In this document: positions 49,597-55,998 of the stretch, one piece after another | How positions within the stretch are numbered: the stretch's first letter is position 1 | How the letters are laid out: every line of letters starts with the position of its first letter | Source of the DNA: Candidatus Saccharimonadales bacterium | GTDB taxonomy: Bacteria > Patescibacteriota > Saccharimonadia > Saccharimonadales > UBA4665 | Length of the DNA stretch: 64,000 nt | Assembly: GCA_035713075.1 (NCBI GenBank) | Contig: DASTAD010000025.1 | Location: 10,568 to 74,567, forward strand | Direction: 5' to 3' | Position numbers and translations under genes: made by a program | The notes under the pieces: generated by a model | The model's input: the letters and a program-made list of their open reading frames with translations, nothing else | Databases searched by the model: none | Told to the model about the DNA's origin: nothing

Positions 49597-49917
49597 TTAA
49601 TTTGGTAGCGTACAGTCCCCAGAAACAGCTGAGTTATTATAACCAGCTGCACCAGTGCCAGCGGGCACCCCGCCACCTATGCTACGTGCAGTACCATCAG
49701 TACCAAGAGTACCAAAATTACCGTTTGTGTTCGCAAAGGCACCGTGACAATATCCGCTCGAGCTTGTGGGCCCGTAATATTGGTTCACACCTGCTGCAAA
49801 AGTAGCGCCACTTGCGCCGGCCACAATAGTTGCTGTTGCAATAACTCCATATATGTATTTCTTTGTATTAGTTTTAATCTTTTCAACACCAGTTTCTACT
49901 TTATAAATGTAGTTCAC
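49597..49917 (-). CDS. small secreted Gly-rich two-Cys peptide (bacteriocin-like)
   Basis: The SD AAGGAGG sits 5 nt upstream of the GTG at 49917. Signal-like KKYIYGVIATATIVAGASGATFA-AG. The mature part is about 63 aa, Gly/Ser/Thr/Asn-rich, with Cys near both ends. Confidence 0.6.
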   Translation of the reverse strand: MNYIYKVETGVEKIKTNTKKYIYGVIATATIVAGASGATFAAGVNQYYGPTSSSGYCHGAFANTNGNFGTLGTDGTARSIGGGVPAGTGAAGYNNSAVSGDCTLPN

Positions 49918-49982
49918 GGACACCTCCTTGGTTAGTATTTAATATTATAATCCTCTGCGTCAAATATAGTATGTACTCATTA

Positions 49983-50020
49983 TGCTTATGCTTGCTCCAC
50001 CTAGTGGACGTACTTCGAAC
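49983..50020 (-). promoter_or_regulatory. island intergenic motif, copy 2 (extended)
   Basis: Gene-strand reading is GTTCGAAGTACGTCCACTAGGTGGAGCAAGCATAAGCA. It shares an extra 13 nt (GCAAGCATAAGCA) with copy 3. Confidence 0.8.
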
Positions 50021-50028
50021 TTTTGTGA

Positions 50029-50280
50029 TTACTCCCTATGTTCAATCAACCCTTGTTTAAGGGACTCAAACGCCTCATTCTTAAGGTCTTGCCCGACTTT
50101 TTGTTTTGCGGCCCATTGTTCTGGTGTAACATCAGCTTCTGTAATTCTGTCGGGAAAATGCTCGAGTGTTTTTTCATCAAGCTCAAACATACATGCAGCT
50201 AGACGCCCCACTTCCTCGGGCGTCAATGGCTCTTCACCTACCGGTAACGCCTCGTCAGGCAATGGCCCTTCATATTGCAT
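50029..50280 (-). CDS. island small acidic protein (83 aa)
   Basis: ORF with ATG start, no SD, highly acidic (PDEALPVGEEPLTPEEV...). No family recognised. Confidence 0.45.
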   Translation of the reverse strand: MQYEGPLPDEALPVGEEPLTPEEVGRLAACMFELDEKTLEHFPDRITEADVTPEQWAAKQKVGQDLKNEAFESLKQGLIEHRE

Positions 50281-50315
50281 AGATCTAAAATATCAAAAAA
50301 GCACTAAATACAAAT

Positions 50316-50355
50316 TGCTTATGCTTGCATCCCTCTAGTTGACGTTCTTTGCAAC
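50316..50355 (-). promoter_or_regulatory. island intergenic motif, copy 3 (extended)
   Basis: Gene-strand reading is GTTGCAAAGAACGTCAACTAGAGGGATGCAAGCATAAGCA. Its distal edge is 75 nt upstream of the ATG at 50280. Confidence 0.8.
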
Positions 50356-50362
50356 TATAATA

Positions 50363-52657
50363 CTAATCGAGTTCGATCTTAGAATAATATATTTCAAGTG
50401 GTGGTTTAGATGGATCGTAATTTTCTCTTACATAAGTAGAGTTCCTTTGTTTACCAGTTGGGTCAAGTGTTTTAAGCCTTTCGCTTTCCTTGGCCAAATC
50501 TCTCATTTGTTCCTCAAGGCAATACCTAGCTTGCTCCTCACTAAACACGAATTTTTTGCCATCAGTTTCTCGTATCCTTAAATAAGCGTAATGCCCCATG
50601 TTGGCCGATTTACCATTTTCATCATTAATAAGGCCTTCGGAAGTATCAATTTCGTTAGCGCATGACCACTCTTTTACCAATTTGAGTATAAGATTTTCAT
50701 AGTAACCTTTCATGGTAGGTATTCCGAAGCTCATCGGGCCACTGTCAGTAATATAAAAATCGCGATCAAGCTTTAGCTCAACGATACCATCGTCTAAATA
50801 AAATGACGATATAATGCGGTTTTGTGTTGGGTCGTAGCGTAAGTTCACGGATTCCAAGCCTGTTTCTTTAAGATTCTTCGGCATAACAAACTTTAACGAC
50901 CGGCGCCCTAGAAAACGTTTTTGCTCTTCTCTAATAGTTTGCCTCAAATGGTTGTTTGCTTCATCCATATCTTTACTGATAGCTTCTGCGGTGTCAAAAG
51001 AAGAGCTCGGGGTGCTATTATCGCGGGATATATGCCTTGCATAATTAATTAACAACAATTGCAAAGGGGTATGAGTTTTTATATCCGTTGCTATACAAGG
51101 CCTATAAATAGTGATGCCGTCTACATAAACCTTTTCACCCAAAGGTTTATAAACTAGATGCATCCTGCCTGTTTTTTCAAAGCTACTGATCCCTAGCTCA
51201 TTAGCCATTAGTGCAACTCCCAATATCTCAGCAGTGAGACCGCCAGCTCGCTCTTGCATTTCTTCAGCCTCATTTTTTGGAGTAGGCCACTGCTTAGTCG
51301 GGAAATAAATATCTACAGCGAGGGTAGGGCTAAGAGGTAAAGACAGACCGTCAACACCTCCTTTTAGATGCCTTGAATCGGCACCGGCGGCACTTTCTAT
51401 TATTTGCATAGCTGCCATCACGCTATACGCATAAGGTGCAAAATGTTGCATGCGCTTGTGAAATAGCTCCGATTTAAGCGATAACGCTTCTAGCTCATCT
51501 GGCATCTGAATTTGCCCGAACTCAAGCTGGTCACCTTCTATATGACTTATAATTACCGGGTCGAAAGCCATTAGCCCTCTTTCACTTTTCTCAGCCAGAT
51601 CTAGCAGCAACTTATGAGTAGGCCCATAGATCCTACTGCTGCCATGTCTTTCTTGATGCAGTCTTGTAATTGCATCTTTTTCTTTTTGTGTACTCTCAAA
51701 ACCGATACCAGTAATATACTGGTTTAAATTATCAAATATTGTCTTTGTCTGCGCTGCATCAACAGCAGCTTGCAAATCGTTGTTTCCGTAGAACGATGAG
51801 TCAACTTCTTTCATGACTGCGTATATATAAGTAGACGACATATACGGCTCAACTAAAGAGGCTATCCGTACAATCTTACTCAATGCCGGCTGATTATCAA
51901 GTAGCTCAAATGAGGCACGGGCTAGATTATTATGGATTGCTCCGAAATTAGGTATATTATACCTAGTTGAAAAAATACTCTTTAAAATCGCTTCGAAATT
52001 TGGAGCACTGGGCTGGCCTTGAACGGATCCTTCAATTATTGCAGCAAAATTATTTGGGTTAGCCGTAACTGCCCCACCATGCTTTTCTGCATAATTGGCG
52101 CTACTTAAGAAAATTTCATCCGCTAGCTCAGCGTCGTCGCAAAGCCTGGAAGTAATAAAATCCAATAGGTCTGCTCGAAGTACTACATGTTTATCGCCAG
52201 TAACATCACTGAAGTCCGTAAATTGTCTGGCGAACTGGCGTTTAGCTAGATGCTCTTGGTGTTCACGTTTCGACCGTTTTTTGGTTGTAATTTTGCCTAG
52301 GTCAACTTGATACTGCTCGTAGTCTTTAGCGTATTTTATTCTAACTTTTCTGCGTAGCTGTTGTTCCGGTGTAAGTATGATGGGCTGCTCGGGTACGTTT
52401 GGCTCAATGAGATTTTCATCTTTACTGTCGGCCTCATCAGATACATCGGCTTTTTGCTCAGCAAGTTGGATTAATTGTCTTGCCAAAACTCCAATTTGCT
52501 CCTGAGTTCGAGTAGATTCGGCATATTCAGGCTGCAACTTAAACTCTTCCTCATACCACGAACGAATATGGGGATCTGGTTCAGCAGCTAAATCTTGACT
52601 AAACTCATTTAAAAACTCGTGCGACTCACCGACGTTCACAAAATAAAAATAACACAT
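50363..52657 (-). CDS. island large orphan protein (764 aa)
   Basis: Uninterrupted 2.3-kb ORF. Acidic coiled N-terminal region. No P-loop, polymerase, nuclease or HTH motif that I can recognise. It starts 13 nt after the 84-aa ORF. Confidence 0.6.
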   Translation of the reverse strand: MCYFYFVNVGESHEFLNEFSQDLAAEPDPHIRSWYEEEFKLQPEYAESTRTQEQIGVLARQLIQLAEQKADVSDEADSKDENLIEPNVPEQPIILTPEQQLRRKVRIKYAKDYEQYQVDLGKITTKKRSKREHQEHLAKRQFARQFTDFSDVTGDKHVVLRADLLDFITSRLCDDAELADEIFLSSANYAEKHGGAVTANPNNFAAIIEGSVQGQPSAPNFEAILKSIFSTRYNIPNFGAIHNNLARASFELLDNQPALSKIVRIASLVEPYMSSTYIYAVMKEVDSSFYGNNDLQAAVDAAQTKTIFDNLNQYITGIGFESTQKEKDAITRLHQERHGSSRIYGPTHKLLLDLAEKSERGLMAFDPVIISHIEGDQLEFGQIQMPDELEALSLKSELFHKRMQHFAPYAYSVMAAMQIIESAAGADSRHLKGGVDGLSLPLSPTLAVDIYFPTKQWPTPKNEAEEMQERAGGLTAEILGVALMANELGISSFEKTGRMHLVYKPLGEKVYVDGITIYRPCIATDIKTHTPLQLLLINYARHISRDNSTPSSSFDTAEAISKDMDEANNHLRQTIREEQKRFLGRRSLKFVMPKNLKETGLESVNLRYDPTQNRIISSFYLDDGIVELKLDRDFYITDSGPMSFGIPTMKGYYENLILKLVKEWSCANEIDTSEGLINDENGKSANMGHYAYLRIRETDGKKFVFSEEQARYCLEEQMRDLAKESERLKTLDPTGKQRNSTYVRENYDPSKPPLEIYYSKIELD

Positions 52658-52669
52658 TTAGTGCTAAAG

Positions 52670-52924
52670 TCAATACTTTTTAAACTGGCAGTCACTAAGT
52701 TCGCCTATGGGCTCGTATTGATAAAGTCGCTGAACGTCAACTTCTGACAGGTTAAGCTGCTCGTCTCTTATAATCCTCGCTAAGTTAGAGGTGTAGTCTA
52801 TCCAATCTTTATCATCCGGTATCTTAAAAGCATCTTCAACACGCCATTCTGATATTGGCTCATATGGACCGTGTATTACGGGCATAGACCCGGTAAAGTC
52901 AGGAGGGGTAGTTGTTTCTCCCAT
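52670..52924 (-). CDS. island small acidic protein (84 aa)
   Basis: ATG start with no SD. The hexamer AATAAT lies 7 nt upstream of the ATG. Confidence 0.45.
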   Translation of the reverse strand: MGETTTPPDFTGSMPVIHGPYEPISEWRVEDAFKIPDDKDWIDYTSNLARIIRDEQLNLSEVDVQRLYQYEPIGELSDCQFKKY

Positions 52925-53185
52925 AATACTTATTATTCTGCACCATCTGAAGATAGATGCAAGGGCAAGTTAGCTAGAACCGACCAGAAAGGCCAGAGTT
53001 AAAGAGAAACTTCTTGCGAGGCGGATCTGTATCTATTAGATATATGAAATTTGCTCTGGCAGTAGCCCAGAATGTATTCAAAACACGTAAATTAATGGGA
53101 GGATAGAAAATAGCAAACCAAACTACTTATATAGATAAAAATATAAGGGTTGGAAGTGAGCTGAAACAGGCTCAGCGTTCTATTT

Positions 53186-53212
53186 GGGTCCCCTATTGGA
53201 CGCACTTCGTAC
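53186..53212 (-). promoter_or_regulatory. island intergenic motif, copy 4
   Basis: Gene-strand reading is GTACGAAGTGCGTCCAATAGGGGACCC. It lies immediately after the stop of the 151-aa ORF and about 260 nt upstream of the 84-aa ORF. Confidence 0.7.
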
Positions 53213-53667
53213 TAGTTGGTGGGTTTCTTGGGATGATTCAACCGATCTAAATGATGTACAAGTATTGTTGCGGGATGCGGCTGATCAGTTAACGCGCTGT
53301 TAATAATGCGGCGCCGGTCTTCCGTTATATCAAGCATATTGTGCAGGAAAATGTCTCGGGAATCATCGGTTGGTAGCTTGTCATGACATATAGCCATTAC
53401 CTCCCTGCCAAATTCAGTTACTCTGATCATAGTGGCTGCTGACTCATCCCCAGGATTTCTAGCTAATTTTAGTGAGCTGCTTTCATGGTCAGCGTAATTG
53501 ACAAGCCCGTAGGCTTCCAATAATGCTGCGGTACCGAAAGGCTGGACGCCAAGATTCACTCTAGCCTGCTCGTCAGGTACACTTGCCAGGAACCCGAGCC
53601 GTAGTATGACATCATAAGGCAATGAAGCCGCAACCTGTTCAGGTGACGAATCTTCGTAATTTGACAT
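53212..53667 (-). CDS. island 151-aa protein, possible winged-helix DNA-binding fold
   Basis: I prefer the ATG at 53667 (MSNYEDSS...), because the ORF-track TTG start at 53754 would read through motif copy 5. LLEAYGLVNY...ATMIRVTEFGREVM resembles the MarR-type helix-wing pattern. Weak. Confidence 0.45.
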   Translation of the reverse strand: MSNYEDSSPEQVAASLPYDVILRLGFLASVPDEQARVNLGVQPFGTAALLEAYGLVNYADHESSSLKLARNPGDESAATMIRVTEFGREVMAICHDKLPTDDSRDIFLHNMLDITEDRRRIINSALTDQPHPATILVHHLDRLNHPKKPTN

Positions 53668-53713
53668 AACTGAAATTATACTATATGAGCTGAGAATCAA
53701 AAGTGTATATGGT

Positions 53714-53743
53714 GGGCTCCCCTTAGGGGACGTACTTCGCAAC
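53714..53743 (-). promoter_or_regulatory. island intergenic motif, copy 5
   Basis: Gene-strand reading is GTTGCGAAGTACGTCCCCTAAGGGGAGCCC. Its distal edge is 76 nt upstream of the ATG at 53667. Confidence 0.8.
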
Positions 53744-53802
53744 TTTGAAGACAAGATTGAATGCCTAGTCGTATTTAAATTCCTTAATAAATTTGCGCTT
53801 CC

Positions 53803-54561
53803 CTATATGTAGGACCTTTGACGCAAGTCGTTCTTTCGTTTGAGTGATGCGAACGCTTTTACTAGCATTTTCGTGTCAACGGGCTGAGTTTCTTCGCCGT
53901 TGTCTATGCCATCATCTACAGCATCGGCGATCACTCCCTCGATGGCCACTTTTAAGTCGGCCCCAGTTAAGCCATCGGAAACTGCAACCAGTTCTGAGAC
54001 ATCAATACCATTGAACACCGGTACCTCTGCTCTATTGGTAAAATACTTCACCCATTTTGTAATAATTTCGGCTCTACCCTCTGTGCCTGGCGGACTAACT
54101 TCCATCACTTCGTTAAAGCGGCCAGAGCGTATTACGGCTGCATCTACATTAACTGCGTCATTTGTTGCCCCAAGGATTAGGCAGTTAGGGTAATAGTCAT
54201 TCAACGCTGTCAAAAATTCGCTCGTCATTTTGCGCTCCCAAGTCATCATGTGCATACCGCCCCTAGAAGCTGCCAGCCCTTCAAGTTCATCAATTAGCAG
54301 GACGACATTATGTTTTTCACCGAGAACCTTGAGCAAATCAAATAATCCAGCAATGTTCTTCTCGGCCTCGCCTGCCCACATACTTTCAATATCGCTAACT
54401 TTGGCTGACAAATAAATGTCTCCTACCTCATGTGCAGCAGCATCAGCCAACATTGTTTTACCACATCCTGGCGGCCCAATTAGTAGTCCTGTTAACTTGG
54501 GTGAAATCCCAGCTTGCAAGTACCGCTCAGGATATTTTGCTCGCTTTACAAGTCTTTGCAT
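53803..54561 (-). CDS. AAA+ ATPase module (classic clade, Cdc48/FtsH-like), 3' part of a frameshifted gene
   Basis: Walker A GPPGCGKT, Walker B VLLIDELE, sensor-1 region ILGATN, arginine finger region VIRSGRF. Confidence 0.85.
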   Translation of the reverse strand: MQRLVKRAKYPERYLQAGISPKLTGLLIGPPGCGKTMLADAAAHEVGDIYLSAKVSDIESMWAGEAEKNIAGLFDLLKVLGEKHNVVLLIDELEGLAASRGGMHMMTWERKMTSEFLTALNDYYPNCLILGATNDAVNVDAAVIRSGRFNEVMEVSPPGTEGRAEIITKWVKYFTNRAEVPVFNGIDVSELVAVSDGLTGADLKVAIEGVIADAVDDGIDNGEETQPVDTKMLVKAFASLKRKNDLRQRSYI

Positions 54562-55679
54562 CTGCTTTTTTCATCAGACAGCCCACCCACCATATCGAAT
54601 GTTATTTCAGGGACTGGCTGTACAGTCTGCAGGAACAACTCTCGTTGCCTATTATCATTTACTTCTTGGGGCACTTCTTTATGTTTATCCTTATCCTTAT
54701 CGAGGTATTCGTCTTTTAGGTCTTCGCCTTCGTGCTGATTAGCGCGGGGATGAAATATCATTTCCGGCAATGGTTCATCAAGCCATGTTCTATTGAGATT
54801 TTCAAGTATTTGAGGAAAACTGCGCTGCAATAGAGCTAACTGCATATTAAGCCTATCTTCCAGTGTTTTCCTCCGAACTTCGGTTTGAACGACAGATTCT
54901 TTATCGTCCTTTTCAACAGGCAGGCCCTTAAATCCAAACTTTATTAAGTAAGTAAGCCCTGCTAATTCTGTGGTTAGGACTTCATCCTCTGCTTCCCCTG
55001 CCCAGTACGTTCCAACTCCGCCGTCTTCGCGAGCAAAGTGCCTAGGTTCGCGAGCGCCACCAGTTGGATCTAAGTCCTCAACCACATATTTGATACCAGC
55101 TAATTTTGCAATCCCAGTAGAACCACCTATGAAAGCTGATGGTTTAAACGCGACTGCTGCAACCATATGAGATGCCGCAGTGTATGGGTCTGATTCAATT
55201 GAGATTTGCAAGCGCTCCATAGCGCTATGTTCATAAGGCTCAAAAGCCTTGACTGCGGACCATCTATTTTTTGGTGACCTGCCTCTGTGCCTAGTTTGTG
55301 AGGGCTTTGCCATCCCTTCGATAAAATCATCCCTGTCCTCGAACTCTATGCGAAGCGCAGTATTATAAACGTGCTCTTGTAGCTTTGCTTGAACGGCCGG
55401 ATCGCTGAGGTCGGGTAATTCTTCTTCCTCACCTGCTAGCTGTAACAAGACACTTATTGTTTCAACTGAATCCTCTCGCCTTTTGGCGGCTTCCCTAAGA
55501 GCCGTGGGTACGCTAAGTGCGCCAAGATGGTGAACAATGCCGATGACTTCCTCGTATAAGGCATGCTCAGCTTCTTCTAGCTCGTGATCCTCGGCTTCAA
55601 TGTCTGATCTTGTGTCTGGAAATTCCTCGGGAGTGTCGCTCATTCCCATAGTATCGCTAAGACTACATGATTTTTGCAA
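54546..55679 (-). CDS. N-terminal unknown domain of the same AAA+ protein, 5' part of a frameshifted gene
   Basis: It ends in ITFDMVGGLSDEK, the conserved pre-Walker-A element of classic AAA+ modules. The likely start is the ATG at 55649 (MGMSDTPEEF), not the TTG at 55679. Confidence 0.7.
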   Translation of the reverse strand: MQKSCSLSDTMGMSDTPEEFPDTRSDIEAEDHELEEAEHALYEEVIGIVHHLGALSVPTALREAAKRREDSVETISVLLQLAGEEEELPDLSDPAVQAKLQEHVYNTALRIEFEDRDDFIEGMAKPSQTRHRGRSPKNRWSAVKAFEPYEHSAMERLQISIESDPYTAASHMVAAVAFKPSAFIGGSTGIAKLAGIKYVVEDLDPTGGAREPRHFAREDGGVGTYWAGEAEDEVLTTELAGLTYLIKFGFKGLPVEKDDKESVVQTEVRRKTLEDRLNMQLALLQRSFPQILENLNRTWLDEPLPEMIFHPRANQHEGEDLKDEYLDKDKDKHKEVPQEVNDNRQRELFLQTVQPVPEITFDMVGGLSDEKSRCKDL

Positions 55680-55738
55680 GCATTAGCGAAATAAATATAA
55701 TAATTGTGTAGTATAATTTCGCCGTATGGACCACGCTT

Positions 55739-55777
55739 ACCTGTATCACATAACCGCTGGCCATCTGAAATTATTGC
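55739..55777. repeat. 39-bp perfect inverted-repeat copy B (partner at 36178-36216)
   Basis: ACCTGTATCACATAACCGCTGGCCATCTGAAATTATTGC. An extra CACGCT match lies just outside after a short mismatch/indel. Confidence 0.9.
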
Positions 55778-55995
55778 GGATCAATATCGAACAAGTCGAG
55801 GATGATTACTACGGAACGGCGTCTCACCTGTTATTACTAGCAAAGCAGTTTCCTAAGCTATTCGAGAAGGCTGATCTTGAGCAAAAAAGGTCTTTAATCA
55901 ACATGATACTTTCGAACTTGGTACTAGATGGCAAATTACTTCGGTGGGAACTAAAAAAGCCATTCGATACGATGGCTTTTTATGGCAAAAATGGA
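55778..55995 (+). pseudogene. C-terminal remnant of a large serine recombinase
   Basis: DDYYGTASHLLLLAKQFPKLFEKADLEQKRSLINMILSNLVLDGKLLRWELKKPFDTMAF resembles the C-terminal tail of CPR large serine recombinases (from memory). The catalytic, recombinase and zinc-ribbon domains are absent. ORF 55726-56040 begins inside the 39-bp repeat and runs on into the antisense of tRNA-Asn. Confidence 0.5.
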
Positions 55996-55998
55996 AAT

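Noticed and set aside
49991-50020. Reading the motif on the plus strand as a sigma-54 promoter (TGGACG-N-TTCGCA against TGGCAC-N5-TTGCA).
   Set aside because: The GG-to-GC spacing is one nucleotide short. The orientation would drive transcription away from all island genes. No sigma-54 or enhancer-binding protein is evident.
50363-52657. Whether the 764-aa orphan is a T7-like single-subunit RNA polymerase, given the phage-promoter-like look of the repeated motif.
   Set aside because: I found no motif A (DxSxSGxQH-like), motif B (Rx3Kx7YG) or motif C (HDS). The only partial hits are EKTGRMHLVY against DxxGR, and RLHQERHGSSRIYG, which has Glu where the Lys should be. Too little sequence follows them to hold a palm domain. 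There is also no DxDGD two-barrel motif. Only the promoter-like resemblance is kept, as speculation in the motif finding.
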